Below are positions 46,244 through 56,002 of a stretch of 64,000 nucleotides of DNA, in pieces. Position 1 is the first letter of the stretch, and every line of letters begins with the position of its first letter. Source of the DNA: Nanobdellota archaeon (GTDB lineage Archaea > Nanobdellota > Nanobdellia > Woesearchaeales > GW2011-AR4); contig JBBSWH010000011.1 of NCBI GenBank assembly GCA_038046385.1, positions 71,815 to 135,814 of the forward strand. Reading direction: 5' to 3'. The notes beneath the pieces are model-generated. The model saw only the letters and a program-made list of their open reading frames with translations, was not told the DNA's origin and searched no databases. Both the position numbers and the translations under genes were made by a program.

Positions 46244-48151
46244 ATGGCAAAAAAAGAAAAAAAAGGATATTCACCGCCAGTTTCAAACAATTCTAAAGAG
46301 CAGCCAAAGGAAAACGAAGCATTGGCAAAAATGCCCGCTGATATCCAGGAAAAGCTTAATGCAATAAAGTCAAAGCTCGAAAAATTCCAGAAAAGAATTA
46401 TAGAGAAGTTTGACAAATATATAATAGGCGTAGCATTAATGCCTCCGCCAAAGCCGGAAGAACTGCAGCAATTGCAGGCAATGCACAATCCGCAAGCTCC
46501 GTCACAACCCGCTCCTGAACCAAAGCCGGAAGATAAAGACAAAATCCATGTTCTTGTGCTTGTTGACGATTCTGACAGCAAGACAATGCCAAAGTTAGAA
46601 CTAAAAGACAAGCTTACTGCAATAATAAACACAATCGGCAAGGAGATAGATCCGAATTTTGTGCCTCAGGTTCTTATTTTATCAGAATTATGGCAGAATT
46701 GCTTTGATGCCAAATATGAGCTTCTCCAGTTAATCGCATTATCAGCTCCAATCTATGACACTGGAATGCTGCAGGCGATTAAAATTTCAGAAGTCCACAA
46801 GACAATGGTTCTAAAGAAATTTGAAAAATATATTGTATCATACGTTCTTGCAGGCTCTTTAGTTCAGGGAAAAGCAACGAGTTCAAGCGATATTGATGTC
46901 TGGATTGTAATAGATGACACAGACGTCAAGAAGATGACAAGGGCAGAATTAAAAGACAAATTGAGGGCAATAATAATCGGAATGGGCATTGAAGCCGGAG
47001 AATTGACCGGAATAAAAAACAAAATCAACATTCAGGTTTACATTTTGACAGATTTTTGGGATTCATTAAGAGAAGCAAATCCGGTAATATTCACATTATT
47101 AAGAGACGGCGTTCCGTTCTTCGACAGGGGAATATTCATGCCGTGGAAACAGCTCTTAAAAATGGGCAAGATAAAGCCATCTGCAGAAGCAATTGACATG
47201 TTCATGGGCTCCGGAGAACAAGTAATCAGAAGAGTTCAATTGAAATTAAACGAAATTGGAATGGAAGATATTTATTATGCTTTGCTGACTCCAAGCCAGG
47301 CCGCTTTGATGCTGTATGGCGTTGCTCCCCCATCTCCAAAAGAAACAGGCGCCCTGATGAGGGAATTGTTTGTCAACAAGGAAAAACTACTGGAAGACAA
47401 ATTTGTAAAAATTCTTGAGAAAAGCGTCGAGATAAGAAAGTCAATAGAGCACGGAGACAAGAAAGAGCTTTCAGGAAAAGAAATTGACGAGCTTATGTCA
47501 GACGGAGACAAGTACCTCAAGAGAATAAAAAGGCTTTTCACGCAGATTGAAAAAATAAAGGAACAGCACGAGATGGTAAACCTTTATGATACTATCACAA
47601 CAGTCGCAAGAGATGTCTTAAAATTAGAAGGCGTTGAAAAAGTAAAAGACAGCGAGCTTCTTGAAGTTGTTGAGGACAAACTTGTTACAGAAGGAAAAAT
47701 GCCGTCCAAGTTTTTAAGAACAATAGAAGAAGTGATTGATGCAAAAAAGGCTTATGATGCCAATAAAATTTCAAAAGTAGAGATAGAAAAGCTGCACAGG
47801 GAAGCAGGCCCATTGGTAAAGTTCCTTGTCGAGCACATGCAGAGAAAAAGAACAAGGGAATTAGACAGGGTAAAAATACGCGTTAAGTATGGGGGCAAAT
47901 TCGGAGAGGTTCTTCTGCTTGTAAATGAGGCATTTGTCACAATCGATATAGATGCAGAGCAGAAAGAAATAAACAAAGCAGTTCTTGGAGAGAACGGAAG
48001 CATCGGCACTCTTGAAAAAAGCTCATTTGAAGACATGGAAAAATCGCTTTCAACTGCAAAAATCCCGCAGAAAGCATCAATCAAGGAAAGAACTTTTGAG
48101 GATCTGAAAAGAATTTTCGGGAAAGATGTAGAAATTCTGATGAACTGGTAA
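46244..48151 (+). CDS. Tandem Pol-beta-like nucleotidyltransferase domain protein with HEPN-like helical region
   Basis: GSLVQG..SDIDV.IVIDDTD intact motif, preceded by a degenerate copy (IEKFDKYI..VLVLVDDSD..ELKDKL); ATG at 46244. Confidence 0.8.
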   Translation: MAKKEKKGYSPPVSNNSKEQPKENEALAKMPADIQEKLNAIKSKLEKFQKRIIEKFDKYIIGVALMPPPKPEELQQLQAMHNPQAPSQPAPEPKPEDKDKIHVLVLVDDSDSKTMPKLELKDKLTAIINTIGKEIDPNFVPQVLILSELWQNCFDAKYELLQLIALSAPIYDTGMLQAIKISEVHKTMVLKKFEKYIVSYVLAGSLVQGKATSSSDIDVWIVIDDTDVKKMTRAELKDKLRAIIIGMGIEAGELTGIKNKINIQVYILTDFWDSLREANPVIFTLLRDGVPFFDRGIFMPWKQLLKMGKIKPSAEAIDMFMGSGEQVIRRVQLKLNEIGMEDIYYALLTPSQAALMLYGVAPPSPKETGALMRELFVNKEKLLEDKFVKILEKSVEIRKSIEHGDKKELSGKEIDELMSDGDKYLKRIKRLFTQIEKIKEQHEMVNLYDTITTVARDVLKLEGVEKVKDSELLEVVEDKLVTEGKMPSKFLRTIEEVIDAKKAYDANKISKVEIEKLHREAGPLVKFLVEHMQRKRTRELDRVKIRVKYGGKFGEVLLLVNEAFVTIDIDAEQKEINKAVLGENGSIGTLEKSSFEDMEKSLSTAKIPQKASIKERTFEDLKRIFGKDVEILMNW

Positions 48152-48214
48152 TTTATTACTTAATACTAGTAACAAATAGAAAGATTTTTAAATTAACCTT
48201 GTTATTTCTGTTGT

Positions 48215-48871
48215 ATGATAATCATTCATGAAAATCTGCAAAGAGAAGCACAGGCAGCCTCTCAAGCGCTTCAAAGTGCATACGGATTGGAAAACCAATT
48301 AGTTGATGTATCTTTAGAAGGAGAATTTCCTCCGCTGCCGGAATTTGAAGGTTATTGGGTTTCACAATTAACTAACCTAAGGGGATTGTTTGGAGACAAA
48401 CCATTATTAGTAATAACTCCCCGTGATTTATACCAATTAGACGCCAGCAAAGATGATGATTGGATCTTAGGATACAATGCTGGCAACACCAGTGTTGTTT
48501 CGACAGCAAGAATAAAAAGAAAAGACAATCAACCCGGAGCGAAAATAGAAGTTCCTGACGAAGTTTATCTCAAAAGATTGAGTATACTGGCAGTTCATGA
48601 AATAGGGCACGATGTTGTTAAAGCTCCGTATTTCCAGCCTGCAGTTTGGGTTAATTCCCAAACAGGGCACCAACTTCCATTAGGCCCGCATTGTGATGAT
48701 AATTCATGTTCTATGTATGAAATTGTTGATATTAAAACCCCGCCAGCCAGTGAAGGCCACATGTTGCTGGGAACAGAAAAAAAATTTGATGCTGGTCTTG
48801 ACGATTTATTGGCAAGGTTAAATCCTAGATGGTTTTGTGACAGATGCGTTTCATCAATAAAAATTTCTTAG
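48215..48871 (+). CDS. Archaemetzincin-like (M54) zinc protease
   Basis: VVSTARI, AVHEIGH, HC..SCSM, FCDRC. Confidence 0.75.
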   Translation: MIIIHENLQREAQAASQALQSAYGLENQLVDVSLEGEFPPLPEFEGYWVSQLTNLRGLFGDKPLLVITPRDLYQLDASKDDDWILGYNAGNTSVVSTARIKRKDNQPGAKIEVPDEVYLKRLSILAVHEIGHDVVKAPYFQPAVWVNSQTGHQLPLGPHCDDNSCSMYEIVDIKTPPASEGHMLLGTEKKFDAGLDDLLARLNPRWFCDRCVSSIKIS

Positions 48872-48974
48872 GATTATCAATAATCAAATAAAAATTTCTA
48901 AACTATATTTTTAAAAATATACTCAAAACAAAAACTTAATATACTCTTAAAATAATATTTTTTTGGGTGATACA

Positions 48975-49526
48975 ATGAAAACCGGATACAAAGTCTATGA
49001 TTGCATGACGACAAAACCGATTTCTGTCACGTCTGATTCTACAATTGAGGAATGCGCTAAGGTCATGGCAAAAAATCATGTAGGTGCTCTTGTCATAAAA
49101 GACAATCATGCTTCAAAAGGACTTATTACGGAGCAGGACATTGTAAGGAAGGCAATTGCAAAAGGAATCAACCCATTGGCAAAAAAGGTAAGTGATTTTA
49201 TGGAAACTGATTTATTGACAATTTTGCCTACAGATGATATTCATGATGCATTGATAAAAATGCGAGACTCAAACGTAAGGCACCTTCCTGTTGTCGAAGA
49301 TGGCAAGATGGTCGGGCTTTTGACAATAAAAGATATTCTTAAGGTAGAGCCGCAGCTTTTCGAGCTTCTCGTTGAGAAATTTGAAGTAAGGGAAGAGTCA
49401 AGAAAGCCAATAAACAGAATAATACCTGACGAAGGAATCTGCGAGGGCTGCGGAGCTTATTCAGAAGAAATTACAAAAGTAAAGGGTTCAAGGCTCTGCG
49501 AAAGATGCGCTTCAGAGCAGGCCTAA
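48975..49526 (+). CDS. CBS-pair protein with C-terminal Zn ribbon
   Basis: Two CBS repeats (GLITEQDI, RHLPVV..GLLTIKDI), CEGCG..CERC. Confidence 0.9.
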   Translation: MKTGYKVYDCMTTKPISVTSDSTIEECAKVMAKNHVGALVIKDNHASKGLITEQDIVRKAIAKGINPLAKKVSDFMETDLLTILPTDDIHDALIKMRDSNVRHLPVVEDGKMVGLLTIKDILKVEPQLFELLVEKFEVREESRKPINRIIPDEGICEGCGAYSEEITKVKGSRLCERCASEQA

Positions 49527-50077
49527 TTTTTCTTTATATTTCTGTTGACAAAAGTTATTATCGATTTCACAACCTCTTCAGGAGTTATTTCTGTAGTGTC
49601 AATCAGAAGATTATACAGTTTTTTATCAAGATAATTGACTTTGTAGTATTTCTGGTACCTTTTTCTTTCGCTGTCTTCCCTTTTTTTAATGCTGGTAAGC
49701 ATGGATTTCCAGTCTTTTCCCTGTTCTCCATGCCTTTTGTCAAGCACTATTCTTTTTGCCCTAACTTCATCATCTGTATCAAGGAAAACCCTCACATCGG
49801 CAGTTGGTATAAAGAAAGCTGTTAATCTTCCATCCACTATGAAATCTTTTTTTGTTTTTCCGAGATTTTTTAATTTGTTGTCAAGCTCAAAATCTATCTT
49901 TTTGTCTTTTTCTGCAAGCTTGTTCAGTTCGATAAGCGAGATGTTCTTTTCCTGTGCCATCTCCCTCATTAAATCTCCGATAGAATAGTGTTTAAGCTTA
50001 AGCTTTTTAGAAAGCGTTTTTGCAACAGTGCTCTTTCCAGAGCCTGCCTTGCCGGATATGGTTATCATCATATCCAT
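49523..50077 (-). CDS. cmk: Cytidylate kinase (archaeal type)
   Basis: ITISGKAGSGKST, DGRL, RYQKYY, IDTT. Confidence 0.92.
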   Translation of the reverse strand: MDMMITISGKAGSGKSTVAKTLSKKLKLKHYSIGDLMREMAQEKNISLIELNKLAEKDKKIDFELDNKLKNLGKTKKDFIVDGRLTAFFIPTADVRVFLDTDDEVRAKRIVLDKRHGEQGKDWKSMLTSIKKREDSERKRYQKYYKVNYLDKKLYNLLIDTTEITPEEVVKSIITFVNRNIKKN

Positions 50078-50123
50078 ACGATAGTTTTGAAGCGAGTATT
50101 TAATATTTTGTTTTTTTAATTCA

Positions 50124-50238
50124 CAGTTTTGCCATCAAAAGGGGAGCATCTTGCATTTAATACATCTAACAAAAAGGAAATTGCAATGGGAATTTTTGTT
50201 TTAACATAAAACAGATAATACGAACGATGGCAAAACTG
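50124..50238 (+). ncRNA. Candidate structured ncRNA/DNA element, family A, copy 2
   Basis: 13-bp IR CAGTTTTGCCATC/GATGGCAAAACTG (compensatory change vs copy 1), same inner stems. Confidence 0.7.
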
Positions 50239-50302
50239 GTTTAAGTTATATTTCAGTACCCCCCATCACAAATCTTTTAAATGAATTGTACATACTCAAA
50301 CC

Positions 50303-51166
50303 ATGAAGCAGGGAGTATTGGACAGGATAAATGTTTTTCTTCTAAAGAAAGGATTCACCATAAAAAATTTCACAAGATCGTGTTTTGATGTGCTTGCGAG
50401 AAAAGAGGAGCAGATACTTCTGATAAAGGTGCTTGAGGATGCAAATTCAATCACAAGAGAATATGCTGAAGAGATGAATTCGGTTGCATCATACTGCGGC
50501 GCATCTCCATTGGTAATTGCTGAAAAAGCCGGGCAGAAGCTTGAAGATAATATAGTTTATTCAAGATTTGACATACACACCCTTAACATAAACACAGTGT
50601 TCAGCTGCATAAACAACAAGCTCCCTTTCATAAGAAGAAGCCACGCAGGATTGACTGCGTCCGTGGTTGGAAGCAAGCTAAAGGAAAAAAGAGAAGAGCT
50701 CGGATACTCTCTAAACGCATTATCGAAGAAAATAGGCGTGACGAGCAGAATGATAATGAAATATGAAAATGAAAACTCTGAAGTCACAATCAACAAGGCG
50801 CTTAAGATTTATGATATCTTTGGATATCAGGTTTTTAACAAAATAGACATATTTTCTTCCCCCTCAATCCAGAAGACAAAACTGGAGACAGAAGTCAGCA
50901 AAAAGTATGTGGAGCTTGGCTTTGATGCTTCTGAAACTAAAAAAACGCCTTTTGACATAATAGCGAAGAAAGGCAAGGAAATAATACTGACGGAAATGGG
51001 AGAAAATGCAAACCCGCAGATGCAGTCATTGTCAAAATTATTGGATGCGGACAATCTGGTTATATTCAAAAAGAAAAAGCCAAAAAACATCCCTTCAATG
51101 ACTCAAAAGGAGTTTATGGATTTTCAAAAATCTAATGAGCTGGTAAAGTTCCTGAAGGATTTTTAA
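50303..51166 (+). CDS. Archaeal HTH (Xre) transcriptional regulator with flanking nuclease-like folds
   Basis: CFDVLARK..LLIKVL, LKEKREELGYSL..LSKKIGVT..MI.KYE, PFDIIAK. Confidence 0.85.
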   Translation: MKQGVLDRINVFLLKKGFTIKNFTRSCFDVLARKEEQILLIKVLEDANSITREYAEEMNSVASYCGASPLVIAEKAGQKLEDNIVYSRFDIHTLNINTVFSCINNKLPFIRRSHAGLTASVVGSKLKEKREELGYSLNALSKKIGVTSRMIMKYENENSEVTINKALKIYDIFGYQVFNKIDIFSSPSIQKTKLETEVSKKYVELGFDASETKKTPFDIIAKKGKEIILTEMGENANPQMQSLSKLLDADNLVIFKKKKPKNIPSMTQKEFMDFQKSNELVKFLKDF

Positions 51167-51707
51167 GTTGCCTTACATATTCATTTCTTAGCATTTCTAT
51201 CCTGTTTAGACTGCTGGATGTTACATGATTTAATAATAACGGCGATCTTGCAGCCACATCATCCTCAAATAGTACATTTCCAAAATCAAGTAATCTTGGG
51301 CGTAATTCCGGCGTTACCATAAAGTTATATCTGTTAAGCCCGAGCCTGTAAACACCTATTGATTCACAAGACTCAATTATGCAACGGATCTCATCAAAAT
51401 AATCATCTGATAATCCGGGCCCATGTGTTTTAAGGGTGGTTCCAGGAATATAAACTGATTTAAATGATATTGGAGAAACCCTTCCGACAAATTCTTGAAT
51501 TCCGGCTATGCCTGAAAGCATCATAAGGGCCCGTGTTTCTCTATCTACAAGTATTTCGGGAGAAATATTGGGCATAAGGCCGCTGCTATTGTATTTCAAA
51601 ACAACTTTCAATACTAATCCATCTAATCCAATGGTCACTAGAGAACCATCATCGCTGTTTAACACCCTTAACATATCTGATTGTCCGGTGTTGGCTTTAG
51701 TTGGCAT
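51132..51707 (-). CDS. Degenerate protein-kinase-like (RIO/Bud32-like) orphan
   Basis: VLK, E helix, GVYRLGLNRYNFMV, LLDFG; catalytic Asp position is Gly. Confidence 0.55.
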   Translation of the reverse strand: MPTKANTGQSDMLRVLNSDDGSLVTIGLDGLVLKVVLKYNSSGLMPNISPEILVDRETRALMMLSGIAGIQEFVGRVSPISFKSVYIPGTTLKTHGPGLSDDYFDEIRCIIESCESIGVYRLGLNRYNFMVTPELRPRLLDFGNVLFEDDVAARSPLLLNHVTSSSLNRIEMLRNEYVRQLKNPSGTLPAH

Positions 51708-51852
51708 ATTTATTAATAACTAAGGCGCGTTTTTAAATTTTTTTCTTTATTTACCTTAGTAAAGTAGCAACGTCATTCTAAATCTTATAATCGAAATCTT
51801 TATATACACTCTTTTATCTTTTCATCATAAGGGTTTATTTTTAAAAAAGAGG

Positions 51853-52521
51853 TTGATATTGATGGCCAAAGAAGAAGATTTTACTTCATACAAGGATATT
51901 TCTGAACTAAAGAAAGAGCTGGAAGGCAAACTGGCGTTTAAGGAACATTCAAAGAAAGAGCTCGAAGACCCGTTTGAAAAGCTTATAGGCAAAATAGACA
52001 CAATGATGGATGTGTTTGCAGCAGCTTCCGAGCAGATGAAAAATGAGAGCGCCGGAAACGAGGGCAAGAAGCACGATTTAATCATCTCGAAGCTTGATAA
52101 GATAATAGACCAGAACAAGACAATAGCAGAGGCAATGGTTGCCATTGTTGAAATGGTCAAGGGAGATGTTGCAGATAAGATGGAATATCATGAACCAAGA
52201 GAATCACCAAGAATTTTCAAGCCTGTAAGGCAGGAATGGCCAAAAGAGCCTATGATGCCGCTTCCTCCTCCTGAGCCTATTATGCCAAGGCCGCAGCCAA
52301 TGCAAATGCAGCAGATGAATCCAATGCCAGCAGGAATGCCGGACATTGACTCTGGAATGCACGATATGGACTCAGAAATGCCGCATCAGGAGCAGGGAAT
52401 GCACGATTTCGGCGATATGCCTCCTATGGAATCTTCCCCACCCGACTTTAACTTTCCTGAAGATAATTTTCCGTTAGACGAGCCGAAGAAAAAAGGCCTG
52501 TTCGGGATGTTCAAAAAATAA
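51853..52521 (+). CDS. Hypothetical protein: coiled-coil N-terminus, Pro/Met-rich linker, amphipathic C-tail
   Basis: IISKLDKIIDQNKTIA, MPxP repeats, KKKGLFGMFKK. Confidence 0.75.
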   Translation: MILMAKEEDFTSYKDISELKKELEGKLAFKEHSKKELEDPFEKLIGKIDTMMDVFAAASEQMKNESAGNEGKKHDLIISKLDKIIDQNKTIAEAMVAIVEMVKGDVADKMEYHEPRESPRIFKPVRQEWPKEPMMPLPPPEPIMPRPQPMQMQQMNPMPAGMPDIDSGMHDMDSEMPHQEQGMHDFGDMPPMESSPPDFNFPEDNFPLDEPKKKGLFGMFKK

Positions 52522-52530
52522 TCCATCAAA

Positions 52531-53007
52531 ATGGAATCAAAAACAATTCTTTTTGCAAAGCACCTTTCCGGAGCAGCAAAAATATGCCTCGACAGGAATA
52601 AGGCAAAAGAAGATCTGCAGAAGCATCTTTCAAGAATGCGGAAATCCGTAATCAATTTAAGCCTGAGCTACAGCGACATTGACAAGCTTAAGCATAAAAT
52701 AGATGATGTAATCGGGCTGGAAAGGGAATACGCTAAATTCTTCAAAATACCAGACGATGAAACTGCTGAGCTAAGGGATTATATAGACGATTTAAAGGAT
52801 GAATTAAGAAGTGAAAGAATTGAAAAGCAGAGAATAACAGAAGAAAATAACGAAAAAATAAAAAATCTTTCAGAATCGCTTGAAAATTTAAAGCATCAGA
52901 TGAGAACGCTTCTTATGGAGAAATCAAAGAAAAGCCAGAGAATGCTCGCCCTTGAGAAAAAGATAAGGGAAAAAGTCGATGTTCACAGCTATTACAGAAA
53001 AAATTAA
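52531..53007 (+). CDS. Coiled-coil hypothetical protein
   Basis: Heptad-rich 158-aa ORF co-transcribed with the previous gene. Confidence 0.7.
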   Translation: MESKTILFAKHLSGAAKICLDRNKAKEDLQKHLSRMRKSVINLSLSYSDIDKLKHKIDDVIGLEREYAKFFKIPDDETAELRDYIDDLKDELRSERIEKQRITEENNEKIKNLSESLENLKHQMRTLLMEKSKKSQRMLALEKKIREKVDVHSYYRKN

Positions 53008-53186
53008 AGATCTCTTGCCATAACCGTGTTTCTTGAATTTAATTTTGCCCTTTTGCACGCCTTCTCAACAAGCTCTTTTACTTTTGCGTCAAGCGCATCG
53101 TAGAAATCTTCTGAAACCATCAACTGCTTATCGTCAATTTTTGCATTTTGCTTGACTTCTGATTTTACTATCATTATTTTATCCAT
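53004..53186 (-). CDS. Small histone-fold protein (DUF1931/bacterial-histone-like)
   Basis: IVKSEVK..VSEDFYDALD.KV..LV.KA..RA..N.R.TVMARDL; coupled to the gltX stop. Confidence 0.8.
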   Translation of the reverse strand: MDKIMIVKSEVKQNAKIDDKQLMVSEDFYDALDAKVKELVEKACKRAKLNSRNTVMARDL

Positions 53187-54864
53187 GGGTGTACCAAAAA
53201 TGCAGCTTGCTTTTGTCTTTTTTATCCAGCCTGCAGAATCCAAATCTTGAGAACTGAACTATCTCATTTTCTTTCAGTTTTTCGACAGCGGGCTCTGCAA
53301 TCCCCTTTATTGTCTTGCCGTCAGGCATAAGCACTTCAATGTCCACATTGCTTTTGTCAGCAGGCAGCCAATGCACTATTTTGTCTCCGTGCTCTTTGTA
53401 TTTTTCATGCTCCAAAGAATCGAATACAAAATCGTGCTTTTTCTTTTTGAAATTGACACAGTCCATCAGCCTGTAAAGCTTGCCGTCCTTGAATTCTTTA
53501 TAGTCTTTTTCGGTAACATAAAACTTTTCATGTGTCTTGAATTTTCTAACTCCCCTATCGGCATGGTCGGGATGCAGTTTTATCTCAACATCCTGCTCAG
53601 GGGCGTTTTCAATCGTTATTTCTTTTGGGTGCTCTATGAAAAAATACCTGTTGCAGCCAGAATCAAGCAGCCTTCTGTTGTGCATGATTAAATCGTCCCA
53701 CGTCAAAGTTGCTTCATTTTTTGTTATTCCTGTTGAAATCACGAAGCTCTTTATTGCTTCTGGCATAAATCCCCTTCTTCTTAATGCAACTAAAGTTGTT
53801 AACGAAGGGTCATCCCATCCAAGAAGCTCTTTTTCCTGCACTTTTTCCCTTATTATCCTGCCTGAGCTTTCAACGCCTTCAAGATTGAATCTTGCAAACT
53901 CGTAAATCTGCGTTTCCTTGAATCCGCATATTGTCTGCAAAAGCCTTTGCAGTTCATTTCTTAATTCAAATTCTTTTGTCCTTAACCTATGAGTTACTCC
54001 TTCGATGCCGTCCATTACTGCATTTTCAAAATCATATGTTGGCCAAACCCTGTATTTTTTTTTTGTCTTTGGATGCGGTTCGTCAATCACCCTGAACATG
54101 ACAGGGTCACGCATTGTGCTGTTTGTGCTCTGCATGTGCCCTTTGAGCCTCATCACATATTTTCCTTCTTTTGATTCTGACATATCTTTCCACAGCTCAA
54201 GATTTTTTTCTGGCTGGATCATTCTACATTCGCATTCATTTCCTTCCTGCCTGTTCTTCTTGATTGTTTCCTGCGGGCAGGAGCACATGTAAGCATGATT
54301 ATCTTTGATTATTTTTTCAGCATATCCATACATTTCCTGCATGTAATCTGATGCATGATCTATTTTATCCGGCTTTATTCCAAGCCATTCATAATTGTCA
54401 ATGTGTATCTTGTAGAACTCTTCCTGCGCCAGCTCTGGATTAGTGTCTTCAAATCTTAGAATAAATTTTCCATTATGCCTTTTTGCAAGCTCATAATTCA
54501 GTATGATCGCTTTTGCATGGCCTATATGGGGGTATTTAGACGGTTCCGGCGGAAAAGCTGTTATAACTTCTTCCCCTTCTCTTATTCCGACAAATGCGAA
54601 GATGTCTTTTTCCTCGTGCTCTTTCTTTTCCAGTAATTCAGGAGCAATATCCTTTAATTTTTCTTCTTGCTTTTCCAATGGAATCTTTGCAATTTCCCCT
54701 ATGATTTTCATTACTTCCTTGCTTAGTTCTTTTGCATTTTCCTTAAGCTGAGGATGCTCTGCAAACAGCTTTCCGATTACAGCGCCGGGGTTTGCTTTTC
54801 CTTTGTACTTTATTGCGTTCTGCAATACGTATTTTGTTATGTCATGCTTTAATTGTGAGTCCAT
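53179..54864 (-). CDS. gltX: Glutamate--tRNA ligase (archaeal type)
   Basis: FPPEPSKYPHIGH, RFEDTNP, WPTYDF, GWDDP.L.TL, QF.RFGFCRLD. Confidence 0.96.
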   Translation of the reverse strand: MDSQLKHDITKYVLQNAIKYKGKANPGAVIGKLFAEHPQLKENAKELSKEVMKIIGEIAKIPLEKQEEKLKDIAPELLEKKEHEEKDIFAFVGIREGEEVITAFPPEPSKYPHIGHAKAIILNYELAKRHNGKFILRFEDTNPELAQEEFYKIHIDNYEWLGIKPDKIDHASDYMQEMYGYAEKIIKDNHAYMCSCPQETIKKNRQEGNECECRMIQPEKNLELWKDMSESKEGKYVMRLKGHMQSTNSTMRDPVMFRVIDEPHPKTKKKYRVWPTYDFENAVMDGIEGVTHRLRTKEFELRNELQRLLQTICGFKETQIYEFARFNLEGVESSGRIIREKVQEKELLGWDDPSLTTLVALRRRGFMPEAIKSFVISTGITKNEATLTWDDLIMHNRRLLDSGCNRYFFIEHPKEITIENAPEQDVEIKLHPDHADRGVRKFKTHEKFYVTEKDYKEFKDGKLYRLMDCVNFKKKKHDFVFDSLEHEKYKEHGDKIVHWLPADKSNVDIEVLMPDGKTIKGIAEPAVEKLKENEIVQFSRFGFCRLDKKDKSKLHFWYTHG

Positions 54865-54866
54865 GA

Positions 54867-55058
54867 TTAGCCGCCTTTATCCAGTATTCTTTGTTTTTCT
54901 TCTTTATCCTTTTTCTTTGCTTCTATCTCTTTTTTGTAATATCCCGCCAGCTCAATATTATCTTTTTCCTCTGCTTCATTTAGCTTTTCTTCATGCAGCT
55001 TAATCTGCTTTTCTAAAGATTCAATTCCTTTTTGAAGCCTCTTTTTCCTGTTAACCAT
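54867..55058 (-). CDS. Small helical-hairpin hypothetical protein
   Basis: 63 aa, overlaps the MNT gene stop; charged coiled-coil. Confidence 0.65.
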   Translation of the reverse strand: MVNRKKRLQKGIESLEKQIKLHEEKLNEAEEKDNIELAGYYKKEIEAKKKDKEEKQRILDKGG

Positions 55059-55872
55059 TCACCTTTGCCTCAACTGAGCTTAGCTCTTTTTCCGCTATAT
55101 TTAATAGTTTCTCTGCAGATGATATTTTTATGCTTACATTCTTTATTTTCTTATTATCCCTTACTCCCCTGTAAATATCGTAGAATTGGCTGAATTCAGC
55201 ATTGCCAACTCCCTTGCCCATAATCCACTTCCTGAAAGATTTATTTGAGAATTTTGATCTGGAGATTATGCATTTCATAATAAAAATTCCTCTTAATCTT
55301 AATATTATTGAATAAACTGCAGAATAAGATTTTACTAAGCTTCCGTCTAATCTGTCCAATTCCAATAATTCTTTACTGCTTTTTATATGCTCTTGTGTCT
55401 CATTGATGTAGCCGATAAAATTTTTATTTTTTATTTTTATGCCTTTTAATTCATCTAAAACATGCCCGTTTATCAGAGGCTCCGCTTCCTGCACAATTTG
55501 ATGATACATAACGGGATATTTTTCAATTGCTTTCTTAAGCTTGTCAAGCTCAAAAACAGTTATTTCCAGTTTTGGATCTTTTATGTTTAATTTTAGCGGC
55601 TTTTCTGATATAATCATTAAATCAACATCAGACTCTTTTGTTTGCTCTTTTCTGGCATAAGACCCATAGATAAATACAGAGGTTATATCTTTAAGATAAG
55701 GCTCAAGCAGATTAATTATTTTTTCTTTTGTTTCCAATTCTGGCTTTTGCGGAAGTATGACCACAACTTCCTGCCCCAGCCAGTTCTTTGGAACCCATAC
55801 TGCTCCTCCGTTGCCTGACCTGACTACAGTTTTTACTATCTGCTCCCTTACATTTAAGCTGCTGAATGCCAT
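55051..55872 (-). CDS. DUF2080/AbrB-like N-terminal domain fused to a minimal nucleotidyltransferase and helical domain
   Basis: GNGGAVWVPKNWLGQEV, YGSYAR.E..ESDVDL. Confidence 0.82.
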   Translation of the reverse strand: MAFSSLNVREQIVKTVVRSGNGGAVWVPKNWLGQEVVVILPQKPELETKEKIINLLEPYLKDITSVFIYGSYARKEQTKESDVDLMIISEKPLKLNIKDPKLEITVFELDKLKKAIEKYPVMYHQIVQEAEPLINGHVLDELKGIKIKNKNFIGYINETQEHIKSSKELLELDRLDGSLVKSYSAVYSIILRLRGIFIMKCIISRSKFSNKSFRKWIMGKGVGNAEFSQFYDIYRGVRDNKKIKNVSIKISSAEKLLNIAEKELSSVEAKVNG

Positions 55873-55920
55873 GTTTTAAAAATTCTAAATTTTTAAAGCC
55901 ACGAAAAACTAAGTTTTTCG

Positions 55921-55942
55921 ATGTATAGACAATGTATAGACA
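55921..55942. promoter_or_regulatory. Tandem 11-bp direct repeat, candidate autoregulatory operator
   Basis: ATGTATAGACA x2 between the TATA box (about 55946-55955, minus) and the DUF2080-MNT gene. Confidence 0.5.
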
Positions 55943-56002
55943 GAAGTATTTAAACTTATCTGTGTTTAAAGGATGCGGAAAAATAGGTTTGGGCATAGAT
56001 GT

